DNA from: Pseudomonas aeruginosa
GTDB taxonomy: Bacteria; Pseudomonadota; Gammaproteobacteria; Pseudomonadales; Pseudomonadaceae
Assembly (NCBI RefSeq): GCF_001457615.1
Contig: NZ_LN831024.1
Span: forward strand, 4,740,001-4,772,000
Direction of reading: 5' to 3'
Length of the DNA stretch: 32,000 bases
Of this stretch, positions 1 through 8,710 are shown in pieces; positions within the stretch are counted from its first letter, which is position 1, and each line of letters begins with the position of its first letter. The notes under the pieces were generated by a model, which saw only the letters and a list, made by a program, of their open reading frames with translations, ran no database searches and was not told the DNA's origin. The position numbers and the translations under genes are program-made.

Positions 1-476
1 ACGATGGCGGTAGCTACCAGGGCCTTGTGAAGTCCTGCACCCTGCCCCCGCTGGCCCGCAAGATGGAGCCCTTCCGCGGGGGCGGCATGAACGGCCCGGT
101 CAAGGCCGACCTCGGCCACGACGACGACGGCATCCAGTTCGAGTGGACCGTCGGGGGCCTGGAGCTGACCGTCCTCAAGCAGTACGGCGCAGTCAGCGCC
201 AGCGGCGTGATGCTGCGTTTCGCCGGCGCCTACCAGCAGGACGATACCGGCGCGGTCACGTCCGTCGAAATCGTCGTTCGCGGCCGGCACGAGACCATCG
301 AAATGGGTGACGCCCAGCCCGGCGAAGACACCGAGCACAAGATCACCACCACCTGCAGCTACTACAAGCTCGTCGTCAACGGTGAGGAAGTCATCGAGAT
401 CGACCTGCTGAACTTCGTCGAGAAGGTCAACGGCAAGGACCTGCTCGAGGCACAGCGCAAGGCCATCGGCCTGTAA
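1..476 (+). CDS. Phage major tail tube protein (P2 FII family), 5' end outside window
   Basis: Frame stays open to the window edge (DGGSYQGLVKSCTLPPLARKMEPFRGGGMNGPVKADLG...RFAGAYQQDDTG...GEDTEHKITTTCSYYKLVVNGEEVIEIDLLNFVEKVNGKDLLEAQRKAIGL*), matching the P2 FII pattern; followed by E, T, U, D gene order. Confidence 0.92.
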   Translation, partial: DGGSYQGLVKSCTLPPLARKMEPFRGGGMNGPVKADLGHDDDGIQFEWTVGGLELTVLKQYGAVSASGVMLRFAGAYQQDDTGAVTSVEIVVRGRHETIEMGDAQPGEDTEHKITTTCSYYKLVVNGEEVIEIDLLNFVEKVNGKDLLEAQRKAIGL

Positions 477-530
477 TCCCTTCCCGCCGGCCCGACCGGC
501 GGTTCCTCTCCCCCTTGGATACCGACGCCC

Positions 531-860
531 ATGAAAACCGAACAGACTCCCGCTGACCTGCAGAACGCTCCCGACAACGTCGTAACCCTCGACCAGCCGA
601 TCAAGCGCGGCGCCCAGTCCATCGAATCGCTCACCCTGCGCAAGCCCTCCTCTGGCGAACTCCGCGGCCTGCACCTGCTCGACCTGCTGCAGTTCGACGT
701 GGCTGCGACCATGAAAATCCTGCCGCGCATCAGCCAACCGACCATCACCGAGCCCGAGGCCGCCGGCATGGACCCGGCTGACCTGCTCGCCTGCGGCCAG
801 GTGATCGCCGGTTTTTTGCTGCAGAAGCGGGCGAAGGCGGCAGCCTCCCTGATCGCGTAG
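531..860 (+). CDS. Phage tail assembly chaperone (P2 gpE-like)
   Basis: 109 aa ORF between the tail tube and tape measure genes; internal T TTT TTG heptamer for -1 frameshifting. Confidence 0.87.
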   Translation: MKTEQTPADLQNAPDNVVTLDQPIKRGAQSIESLTLRKPSSGELRGLHLLDLLQFDVAATMKILPRISQPTITEPEAAGMDPADLLACGQVIAGFLLQKRAKAAASLIA

Positions 861-868
861 AAAACGCC

Positions 869-988
869 ATGGCCGACCTGGCCGTGACGTTTCACTGGGC
901 GCCGGACCATATGGACCGGCTCTCGCTCACCGAACTGATGGAATGGCGCGAACGCGCCCGGGTACGGAGTTCCGCCGATGGCGAATGA
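869..988 (+). CDS. E' extension of tail assembly chaperone (ADLAVTFHWAPDHMDRLSLTELMEWRERARVR...), probably made by -1 frameshift from E
   Basis: Frame 2 (-1 relative to E) is open from the slippery site at 812-818 to TGA at 986-988; contains the FHW...L.ELMEW motif typical of P2 E'. Confidence 0.8.
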   Translation: MADLAVTFHWAPDHMDRLSLTELMEWRERARVRSSADGE

Positions 989-3608
989 CCTGCAGCTGCG
1001 CGTGCTGCTCAGCGCGATCGACAGAGCCACCGCTCCCCTGCGTCGCATCATGCAAGGCAGCGATGCGACGGCCCGGGCGCTCAAGGCAACTCGCGAGCGC
1101 CTGAAGCAGCTCAACGCTCAGCAGAGCGACGTACGCGCGTTCCGTACCCAGCGCGGCGCTCTGGAGCAGGTCAGCACCGCGCTGGCCGCGCAACAGGCCC
1201 GGGTGAAAGCGCTGGCCCAGCAGATGGCCACCGCCGGCAACCCCACCCGTGCGCTCACCCGCGACTACAACCGGGCCATCCGTGAAGCTGGTTTCCTCAA
1301 GCAGCAACACCTGCAGCAGAGCCAAGCCCTGCAGCAACTGCGCACGCGCCTCAGCAACGCCGGCATCAGCACCCGCAACCTCGGCCAGCATGAGCGCGAC
1401 CTGCGCGCGCAGATCCAGGCGGCCAACGGCGCCATCAACAGCCAGGCGCAGCGCTTGCGCAACCTCAGCCAGCAGCAGGAACGCCTGACCCACGCCCGAA
1501 ACACCTACAGCCGCGGCATCCAGAGCGCCGCCGCGCTGGCCGGCACCGGCATGGCGGCGCGCGCGACGGGCATGTACACCGGCGACAAGCTGCGGCAGAT
1601 GCTCGGCGTGGGCTACGAGTTCGACGCAACGATGTCGGCGACCCAGGCGGTGACCCGCATCGAGCGCAAGGACGATCCGCAGATGCAGGCGCTGCGGCAA
1701 CAGGCCCGCACCCTGCCGCTGTCCAGCAAATTCACCGACAAGGAAGTCGCCCAGGGCCAGTATTTCCTGGGCCGCACCGGCTACAACGCGAAGCAGATCC
1801 TCGGCGCCATGCCCGGCATGCTCAACCTGGCCGCCGCCGGCGACATGGACCTCGGCGACACCGCTGACATCGCCTCGAACATCCAGACGGCGATGGGTAT
1901 TCCGGCCGAGAAGATGGACCAGGTGGCCGACGTACTGACTGCGGCGTTCACCCGGAACAACGTCGACATCCGCATGCTCGGCGACTCGCTGAAGTACTCC
2001 GCCGGCGTCGGTCGCGAGTACGGCCAGAGCCTGGAGACGGTCACCACCGCCACGGCCCTGCTCGGCAACGCCGGCGTCCAGGGCAGCATGGCCGGCACCT
2101 CGATGCGCTCTGTGCTGACCCGCCTGGGCACGTCCAAGGCGGTAGCCAAGCTGGGCGTCCAGACCAAGGACGCCAACGGCAACATGCGCGATATGCTGGA
2201 CATCCTGAAGGACATCAACAAGAAGACCGCCGGCATGGGCAACGTGCAGCGCGGCGCGATCTTCAAGGACATCGCTGGGCAGTACGCGGTGACAAGCTTC
2301 GGCACCCTGATGCGCGCCGTCGAGGGCGGCCAGTTCCAGACCATGCGCGAAAGCCTGAACAACTCCGAGGGCGAGGCCGCGAGGGTCGCCGCTACCCAGC
2401 TGGACAACCTCAAGGGCGACATGACCATGCTGCATGCGGCCCTGGAAAACATTTCGGTCGAGCTGTTCGACAAGAACAGCCCCTGGCTGCGCGAGCTCGC
2501 CGCCGACCTCAGTCACCTGCTGCACAACGTCGGCGAGTTCCTGAAGGCCAACCCGCAGGTCAGCAAGGGCATCGTCATCACCGTCGCCGCGTTCTCGGCG
2601 CTGATGGCCACCGTCGGCAGCCTGGCCATCACCCTCGCCGGCATCCTCGGCCCGATGATCGCAGTCCGCTTCATGCTCGGCACCATCGGCATTCGCCTGC
2701 CCGGTCTGATCGGCCTGCTGAAACTGCTGTTCGCACCGATCCGCATGCTGGCCGGCCTGTTGATCGGCCCGCTGGTGACCGCCCTGCGCGTCGTGAGCAT
2801 CGCGCTGTGGGGCCTGGCCGCCAACCCGGTGGTCCTGGCAATTGCCGCCGTCGTGGCGGTGCTGGCCGCCGCCGCGTACCTGATCTATCGCAACTGGGAC
2901 GCCGTCAAGGCGTACCTGCTCGGGATGTGGGAAGAGATCCAGGCGGGCCTGAACGGCGGGATCGGCGGGATCATCCGCATCCTCCTCGACTTCAACCCAC
3001 TCGGCCTGATGTACCGCGCCTTCGCCGGCGTCCTGGGCTACCTGGGCATCGACCTGCCGGCGCGCTTCAGCGACTTCGGCAACATGATCGTCCAGGGCCT
3101 GGTGAACGGCCTGCTCGCCGGCTTAGGGCAGATCAAGCGCGCCGTCCAGCGCGTCGGCGGTGCCGCGATCGACTGGTTCAAGGACAAGCTCGGCATCCAT
3201 TCACCGTCGCGGGTATTCGCCGACCTGGGCGGGTTCACCATGGCCGGCCTGACCCAGGGCCTCGGCGCCGGCCAGGCCGGCCCGCTGGGCGTGATTGCAC
3301 GTCTCGGCCAAGGCCTGGTCAGCGCGGGCCGTCAGGCTGTCGCCGGCCTCGACGGGGAGTTTGCCCGAGGCCCCCGCCCTGCGATCACGCCGCCGACGTT
3401 CGACCAGCCGCTGCTGGCCATGCTGGGCGCCCTGGGCAAGAGCGCCGGCGCCATCGGCGCCCTGGTGCTCGGCGCCAGCGCCCCAGCGCAGGCCATCACC
3501 ATCGACAACCGTCCCCGGTCAGTTCGGCGCCAGCAGCGATCAGCGTCGGCGGCGACACCTACTACATCACCATCCAGGCCGGCGCGGGCAGCGACACCGC
3601 AGACCTGA
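978..3608 (+). CDS. Phage tail tape measure protein (P2 gpT-like), apparently frameshifted near its 3' end
   Basis: 876 aa; coiled-coil N-terminus, TM-rich centre, SPSRVFADLGGF...GLTQGL motif; the natural C-terminus continues in frame 2 to 3691 (see findings). Confidence 0.9.
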   Translation: MANDLQLRVLLSAIDRATAPLRRIMQGSDATARALKATRERLKQLNAQQSDVRAFRTQRGALEQVSTALAAQQARVKALAQQMATAGNPTRALTRDYNRAIREAGFLKQQHLQQSQALQQLRTRLSNAGISTRNLGQHERDLRAQIQAANGAINSQAQRLRNLSQQQERLTHARNTYSRGIQSAAALAGTGMAARATGMYTGDKLRQMLGVGYEFDATMSATQAVTRIERKDDPQMQALRQQARTLPLSSKFTDKEVAQGQYFLGRTGYNAKQILGAMPGMLNLAAAGDMDLGDTADIASNIQTAMGIPAEKMDQVADVLTAAFTRNNVDIRMLGDSLKYSAGVGREYGQSLETVTTATALLGNAGVQGSMAGTSMRSVLTRLGTSKAVAKLGVQTKDANGNMRDMLDILKDINKKTAGMGNVQRGAIFKDIAGQYAVTSFGTLMRAVEGGQFQTMRESLNNSEGEAARVAATQLDNLKGDMTMLHAALENISVELFDKNSPWLRELAADLSHLLHNVGEFLKANPQVSKGIVITVAAFSALMATVGSLAITLAGILGPMIAVRFMLGTIGIRLPGLIGLLKLLFAPIRMLAGLLIGPLVTALRVVSIALWGLAANPVVLAIAAVVAVLAAAAYLIYRNWDAVKAYLLGMWEEIQAGLNGGIGGIIRILLDFNPLGLMYRAFAGVLGYLGIDLPARFSDFGNMIVQGLVNGLLAGLGQIKRAVQRVGGAAIDWFKDKLGIHSPSRVFADLGGFTMAGLTQGLGAGQAGPLGVIARLGQGLVSAGRQAVAGLDGEFARGPRPAITPPTFDQPLLAMLGALGKSAGAIGALVLGASAPAQAITIDNRPRSVRRQQRSASAATPTTSPSRPARAATPQT

Positions 3609-3696
3609 AACGCACGCTCAGCCAACTGCTGGACGAGCGCGAACGCAACAAGGCGGCGCGCCTGCGCGCCCGCCTGCAGGACCGGGAGTAACCACC

Positions 3697-4137
3697 ATGA
3701 TGCTGTCCCTCGGGATGTTCGTCTTCAGCCTGCACACGCTGGCCTACCAAGAGTTCCAGCGACAGACCGAGTGGCGACACGCCAGCAGCAGCCGCATCGG
3801 TGCCCAGCCGGCGCGCCAGTTCGTCGGCCGCGGCGACGACGCGATCACCCTGCCTGGCGTGCTGCTGCCGGAGCTGGCCGGCAGCGCGTTGAGCCTGGAC
3901 GTGCTGCGGCAGATGGCTGACACCGGGTCGGCCTGGCCCATGGTCGAGGGCACCGGACGCATCTACGGCCTGTGGGTGATCGAGCGCGTCACCGAGACGC
4001 GGACACTCTTCTTCGCCGACGGCACCCCGCGGCGGATCGAGTTCTCCCTCGAGCTCAAGCGCATCGACGACGGCCGCACCGATCTGCTCGGCTCGGTCCT
4101 CGGTACCGCCGGCAACCTGCTGAGACGCATCCTGTGA
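3697..4137 (+). CDS. Phage tail protein, P2 gpU family
   Basis: MMLSLGMFVFSLHTLAYQEFQRQTEWRHASSSRIGAQPARQFVGRGDDAITLPGVLLPELAG...; directly after tape measure and before D. Confidence 0.88.
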   Translation: MMLSLGMFVFSLHTLAYQEFQRQTEWRHASSSRIGAQPARQFVGRGDDAITLPGVLLPELAGSALSLDVLRQMADTGSAWPMVEGTGRIYGLWVIERVTETRTLFFADGTPRRIEFSLELKRIDDGRTDLLGSVLGTAGNLLRRIL

Positions 4138-5405
4138 TCGATGCCGCCCTCGCCCGCGTAACGGGCTACCTGACCAGCGCCGTCGACCAGTTGCAGCGCG
4201 ACGCCGGCTACCCGGTGCCGGTGTTCCGGCTCACGGTCGACGGCAACGACATCGCCCAGCTCATCAGCCCTCGGCTGATCGCCCTGGATCTGACCGACAA
4301 TCGCGGCCTCGAGGCCGATCAGTTGAGCGTGACACTCAGCGATCATGACGGGCTGCTCGCGATCCCCCCGCGCGGCGCCGTGCTGCACCTCTGGCTGGGC
4401 TGGAGTGACAGCGGACTGGTCGACAAGGGCACCTACACCGTCGACGAAACCGAGCACAGCGGCGCGCCGGACGTGCTCAGCATCCGCGCCCGCTCAGCGG
4501 ACCTGCGCAAGGGCCTGAAGGTCAAGCGCGAACGCAGTTGGAGCAGCCCGAAGACGCTGGGCGACGTGCTCACCGACATCGCCCTCGGCAACAACCTGAA
4601 GCCGGTGCTCGCGCCGGCGCTGGCGGGCCTGCCGATCCTGCAGCTGGACCAGGCCAACGAGTCCGACGCCAACCTGCTGACACGCCTGGGCGAGGACTTC
4701 GATGCGGTGGCCACCGTGAAAGCCGGCTGCCTGCTCTGCCTGCCGGCCGGCGGCGGCAAGACTGCCAGCGGCCTGGCGCTGCCGCACATCAACCTCACCC
4801 GCCAGGATGGCGACCAGCACCGCTACCTGCAGGCCGACCGCGACAGCTACGACGGCGTGCGCGCGTACTTCTACGACGTGAACAGCGCAAAGAAGCAGGA
4901 GGCCATCGCCGGTGCCAAAGGCGACAACCTCAAGGACCTGCGCCACACCTACAGCGACCGCCAGAGCGCCCTGCGCGCCGCCCGCGCCGAGTGGAACCGC
5001 CTACAGCGTGGCAGCGCCACGCTCAGCTACGTGCTCGCCAAGGGCCGGCCGGACCTGATCCCGGAGCTGACCTACACCCTGCAGGGCGTGAAGACTTCGA
5101 TCGATGCGATCATCTGGTACGGCGGCAATGTGCAGCACAGCCTCAGCGCCGACGGCGGCTACATCACCAGCCTAGAGATGGAAAGCAAGCTGCCCGAGGA
5201 CCTGGTCAGCGACCTGGCCGACGACACCGGCGGCGACTACACCGGCATCATCGCCTACTACCGCGACGAGAAGAGCGGGACGGAGAAGACCATCACCGCG
5301 GGAGACCAGAGCAAGCCGCGCCGTCTGCGCTACCTGTACAGCACCAAGGCCAGTGCGAAGCGGGCTGTGGATCGAGAGTGGAAACGGCTGCTGGCATCCC
5401 GCTAA
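4134..5405 (+). CDS. Phage late control protein D (gpD, tail hub-like)
   Basis: GTG start overlapping the U stop codon; ...VFRLTVDGNDIAQLISPRLIALDLTDNRGLEADQLSVTLSDHDG... Confidence 0.88.
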   Translation: MIDAALARVTGYLTSAVDQLQRDAGYPVPVFRLTVDGNDIAQLISPRLIALDLTDNRGLEADQLSVTLSDHDGLLAIPPRGAVLHLWLGWSDSGLVDKGTYTVDETEHSGAPDVLSIRARSADLRKGLKVKRERSWSSPKTLGDVLTDIALGNNLKPVLAPALAGLPILQLDQANESDANLLTRLGEDFDAVATVKAGCLLCLPAGGGKTASGLALPHINLTRQDGDQHRYLQADRDSYDGVRAYFYDVNSAKKQEAIAGAKGDNLKDLRHTYSDRQSALRAARAEWNRLQRGSATLSYVLAKGRPDLIPELTYTLQGVKTSIDAIIWYGGNVQHSLSADGGYITSLEMESKLPEDLVSDLADDTGGDYTGIIAYYRDEKSGTEKTITAGDQSKPRRLRYLYSTKASAKRAVDREWKRLLASR

Positions 5406-5440
5406 CCGCTTGTCTAACTGGTACCGTGTTAGCGGTTTAA
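5402..5440 (+). terminator. Candidate terminator after gene D
   Basis: Inverted repeat AACCGCT...AGCGGTT flanking a ~20-nt loop immediately after the D stop codon. Confidence 0.45.
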
Positions 5441-5486
5441 TAGGATATGTACGAAACCAAAGTCCCCATCTAATTCAAATAGAACA

Positions 5487-6176
5487 CTAAGAGCCACTTG
5501 GCTTTTCATCCAGAGCCATACGGTAACGTAGGATTTGCTCATCCAACTTACCAATCTGCCTCCGAAGATCTAAATTCATATCTTTCTCATTTGAAAGATC
5601 TGTATTAAGGCTACTAATTTGCCGCTCTAAAGTCCTGACAAGAATTGCGCTATCCGGTGGATACTTGAAATCTTCCTTTACTCTTTCAAGTTCAGCCAAA
5701 GTAGTGGCCCAACTATCCTTAACCTCTCGCTCTCTAGCCGTCGCCGCTCTCGCTATTTCTATCTGGTTTTTGAGTTGATTCTCAAGGTCGTCAGCCTTAT
5801 GAATATATTTAACCCTTAGCTCCATAGCTTCTTCTTCAGAGATGGGCCTTTTCCCTTCTGCTGCAAGTCTTATCTCTTGAATATCCCTCTTACTTTCAAG
5901 TGAAAATTTCAGAGCCCACCTAGCAGGAACTGGATAAATAAATATATAGAAAAGAGCGGTAGCAAGAGGACCAAAGAAGAAAAAGATTAGAGCAACGTAC
6001 CAAGGATTCCATAGACTCTGCTCTATATAATTAAACTTAGCACCAGGCTCCATGTTGGAAAAAATCACAACAAAAAACTTATAATTCCATAAAATCCACG
6101 AGACACAAAAAGCGCCGGATAGTGGGCTCTCAATCCTATCCTTAAAATTACTTTTAATGGACTCCAAAATATCCAT
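5487..6176 (-). CDS. Accessory membrane protein with N-terminal hydrophobic segments and long C-terminal coiled coil; unknown function
   Basis: 229 aa; hydrophobic stretches AFCVSWILWNYKFFVVIFS and WYVALIFFFFGPLATALFYIFIY, then a charged helical tail. Visibly AT-rich versus flanks. Confidence 0.75.
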   Translation of the reverse strand: MDILESIKSNFKDRIESPLSGAFCVSWILWNYKFFVVIFSNMEPGAKFNYIEQSLWNPWYVALIFFFFGPLATALFYIFIYPVPARWALKFSLESKRDIQEIRLAAEGKRPISEEEAMELRVKYIHKADDLENQLKNQIEIARAATAREREVKDSWATTLAELERVKEDFKYPPDSAILVRTLERQISSLNTDLSNEKDMNLDLRRQIGKLDEQILRYRMALDEKPSGS

Positions 6177-6189
6177 GCCCCCTCCCCGT

Positions 6190-6540
6190 TTATGCGCCAG
6201 CCGCGCAGGCTAGGCGCTTCCGCTCATAATCCATCTGGTGCCCCTTCAGTTCAGGCAGCGGGTCGTCCATATCGGCCTGTACCACCAGATCGGACAACAC
6301 CCATCCCAATGCCTCATAGGCCTTGAAGCAGATTTCGTTGGCGCTGCTGCGGATACCAGGGCGGTACCGGTCCAAATCGCCGAACACCTCGGTTACTTGG
6401 TCAACACTCGAAGCCTGCAACGCGTCCAGCATCCTCTGGTGCAGGTTGTCCATCAGTTCGACCTGGGCGGCCGAATCCGCCACCGCAGCACATGAAACCA
6501 TCAGTCCGACCGACGCGGCCGTTCCCTTAAGCCAGTTCAT
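6190..6540 (-). CDS. Small secreted/periplasmic protein, unknown function
   Basis: 116 aa with signal-peptide-like N-terminus MNWLKGTAASVGLMVSCAAVADSAA. Confidence 0.65.
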   Translation of the reverse strand: MNWLKGTAASVGLMVSCAAVADSAAQVELMDNLHQRMLDALQASSVDQVTEVFGDLDRYRPGIRSSANEICFKAYEALGWVLSDLVVQADMDDPLPELKGHQMDYERKRLACAAGA

Positions 6541-6592
6541 ACGTCCCTCTCTTCACAGTGGGGCCTTCGGCTACCGCCGAAGACCCGTTCAA

Positions 6593-6709
6593 TCAACGAT
6601 CCCGGTAAGCGCATGCCAACCGCAGCAAGTCCAACTGGTCCTGCTCGCTCATCTGACTCAGGCAGATCAGAAGAGCGGTGAGCACGACAGGATCGATGGG
6701 CTTATCCAT
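6593..6709 (-). CDS. Small ORF (38 aa) MDKPIDPVVLTALLICLSQMSEQDQLDLLRLACAYRDR
   Basis: ATG...TGA read directly on minus strand, co-directional with flanking cargo genes; below the ORF track size cutoff. Confidence 0.4.
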   Translation of the reverse strand: MDKPIDPVVLTALLICLSQMSEQDQLDLLRLACAYRDR

Positions 6710-6858
6710 AGGTCTACTCCTTAGACAGGCCACCCGGCGACATCATGCCACCGTGCCAGCAGCCTGGGAGTACCCCATTGTTCACATAGGTTGACGCCCA
6801 AAAAGCAGACGCAGCGAAGCCTCCCCCTAACGAATTTCCTACTCGACAGCGATACGTC

Positions 6859-7233
6859 TCATTTCTTCGTAGGACGTGTTGCAGCGGCTTCGGAGAGCGC
6901 GCGCCCCATCCGCACATAGGCAGCTCGATCTGCTTCGTCCATAGATGTCATGTATCCCAGTACATCCAACTCGCTCTGGCTGAGAGCATCGAGTTCGGCA
7001 GGAAGTCGCCTGCCAGTTATCACGTAAAGAACATCAACCCCAAACGCATCGGCCGCAGCGAGATACAAAGCATCAGGGCTACGCTCCCCTTTTTCGTAGT
7101 TGTATTGGCTGTTCTTCGACACATTCAGCTGGGCAGCAAAGTCCGTCTGGTTCATGCCCAGCCGTTCCCGCTCCTCCTTCAGCCGTTCCCCGATTCCCAC
7201 ATACGTCTCCAAATGCGCTTGACTTTCCATCAT
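6859..7233 (-). CDS. Phage repressor, XRE-type helix-turn-helix
   Basis: GERLKEERERLGMNQTDFAAQLNVSKNSQYNYEKGERSPDALYLAAADAFGVDVLYVITG; track ORF begins 7257, but Met at 7233/7230 leaves room for a divergent promoter. Confidence 0.88.
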   Translation of the reverse strand: MMESQAHLETYVGIGERLKEERERLGMNQTDFAAQLNVSKNSQYNYEKGERSPDALYLAAADAFGVDVLYVITGRRLPAELDALSQSELDVLGYMTSMDEADRAAYVRMGRALSEAAATRPTKK

Positions 7234-7257
7234 TCGTAGGAAAAACTGCGCATACAT

Positions 7258-7276
7258 TCACACGAAGTCACACGAA
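7258..7276. promoter_or_regulatory. Candidate operator: direct repeats TCACACGAA-G-TCACACGAA in the repressor/Cro divergent region
   Basis: Copies at 7258-7266 and 7268-7276, 10-bp period. Confidence 0.4.
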
Positions 7277-7284
7277 ACGAGACT

Positions 7285-7497
7285 ATGCACAACGCCTACC
7301 CCACCGAGCAAGCGTGCGAGAAAGCGCGCCAGCATCTGGCGAGCCAAGGGCTGTCGGCCAGGCAATGGGCGGTGAAGAACAACCTCACCCCCTCGACCGT
7401 GTACGCCGTCCTCAACCGACAGAAGAAGTGCCTGCGCGGCGAAGCCCATCGCGCGGCTGTCCTTCTCGGCATCAAAGACGGCGTGATCGCACAGTAA
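7285..7497 (+). CDS. Small Cro/Cox-like DNA-binding protein
   Basis: 70 aa, divergent from repressor; QWAVKNNLTPSTVYAVLNRQKKCLRGEAHRAAVLLGIKDG resembles a helix-turn-helix. Confidence 0.65.
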   Translation: MHNAYPTEQACEKARQHLASQGLSARQWAVKNNLTPSTVYAVLNRQKKCLRGEAHRAAVLLGIKDGVIAQ

Positions 7498-7997
7498 TGG
7501 CCACCGCACTGGGGGGACACCAGAAGATGAAACGCCCGCTCCTAGAAACGCGGCGCCAGGTGGTCAGCGCGATCATCGGCGCCTACCCCGGCGGTCGCGA
7601 ATGCGCCGCTGCCCGCCTGGGCCTCGACCTGAAGAAGTTTGACAACCACGCCTACGAAAACGCCGGCAGCAAGCCGCTCAGCGACGACCAGTTGCTCTTG
7701 CTCGAGCAGGAAACCGGCACCAGCCACTTCCCCGAGTACGTCGCACACCTGTATGGCGGCATGTTCGTGCAGATGCCCGATCCAGCCCAGCTGGACAACC
7801 TCGACCTGTACGCCAGGGGCGTCGCCACCGCCATCAGGCGCGGCGAGGTCGACCGCATCATCGCCGAGGCGCTACGCGACGGAGAGATCGACGAGGCCGA
7901 ACTCGCCGAAATCATCGTCGCCCACCGCCAACACCTGGCCGCACGACATGCCGAAGTCGGCGCAGTGATCACCCTGCACCGGAGGGTCAAGGCGTGA
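7497..7997 (+). CDS. Phage regulatory protein of the P2-like CII/CP76 family
   Basis: AAARLGLDLKKFDNHAYENAGSKPLSDDQLLLLEQETGTSHFPEYVAHLYGGMFV; follows Cro-like gene. Start codon uncertain (7497 or 7527). Confidence 0.72.
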   Translation: MATALGGHQKMKRPLLETRRQVVSAIIGAYPGGRECAAARLGLDLKKFDNHAYENAGSKPLSDDQLLLLEQETGTSHFPEYVAHLYGGMFVQMPDPAQLDNLDLYARGVATAIRRGEVDRIIAEALRDGEIDEAELAEIIVAHRQHLAARHAEVGAVITLHRRVKA

Positions 7998-8287
7998 GCG
8001 TCTACAAGCTCGTCTGCCCCTGCTGCCACAGCCGGATGCGGATCCGCTCCTCCGAGGGCCAAACCCCGTGCTTCCGCTCGATGTACGCGCAATGCACAAA
8101 CGCGCTCTGCGGCGCCACCTTCACCGGCTCCCTGAGCTGGGACTACCAGCTCAGCCCCTCGGGCCTCGAGCGGCCACTGCTGGTACTCCCCATGGCGCCT
8201 TCGAAAACCCGTCAACTGGCACGCCGCGACCTCGCGGCCGCAACCAACCAACTGGACCTGCTGGATCATGTGGAGTGCATGCAATGA
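7994..8287 (+). CDS. Ogr/Delta-like zinc-finger transcriptional activator
   Basis: MSVYKLVCPCCHSRMRIRSSEGQTP...YAQCTNALCGATFTGSLSWDYQLSPSG: CxxC...CxxxxC finger with P2 Ogr-like spacing. Confidence 0.8.
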   Translation: MSVYKLVCPCCHSRMRIRSSEGQTPCFRSMYAQCTNALCGATFTGSLSWDYQLSPSGLERPLLVLPMAPSKTRQLARRDLAAATNQLDLLDHVECMQ

Positions 8288-8634
8288 ACGGCACCAACGA
8301 CTACCGCAGCACCATGCAGCAAGCCGCCGCAGCGTACCTGCTGGCCAACGCCAACCAGTATCTGTCCTCCGGCTCCGACCGGTTGTTCGATGCCTGTGTC
8401 AACCATCTGGCCAAAGGCCTCGAGGTTCCCCAGTTCATGGCCGAACAACTCGCCCAGCGCGCGTGGGATGAAGTCTTCGCGGGGCCAGACCCTATCTGGC
8501 TGGGTATCGACTGGGGCCAGGGAGACGACGAGGTGGTCTATTTGATCGACACCCGCAGTCACTGTCGCTTCCCGATCCCGGCCCGCTATCTGCCCGCGCA
8601 CCTGCTCAAACAGCGCCCCCAGCACACCCAGTAA
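8284..8634 (+). CDS. Hypothetical phage protein
   Basis: 116 aa ORF overlapping the ogr-like stop by 4 bp. Confidence 0.6.
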   Translation: MNGTNDYRSTMQQAAAAYLLANANQYLSSGSDRLFDACVNHLAKGLEVPQFMAEQLAQRAWDEVFAGPDPIWLGIDWGQGDDEVVYLIDTRSHCRFPIPARYLPAHLLKQRPQHTQ

Positions 8635-8710
8635 TCCCTGAAACACGCCCTACCCACTCCACTGCCGTGGGTTTGGGGAAGTTACGCCCAGAATTCGAGG
8701 TATCACCGCC

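Noticed and set aside
927-2525. 532-aa minus-strand ORF opposite the tape measure gene
   Set aside because: Antisense of a well-supported coding gene in GC-rich DNA; composition is typical of shadow ORFs.
2807-3691. 294-aa ORF as an independent gene
   Set aside because: Most of it is low-complexity off-frame translation of the tape measure gene; only its last ~55 codons are meaningful, as the displaced tape measure C-terminus.
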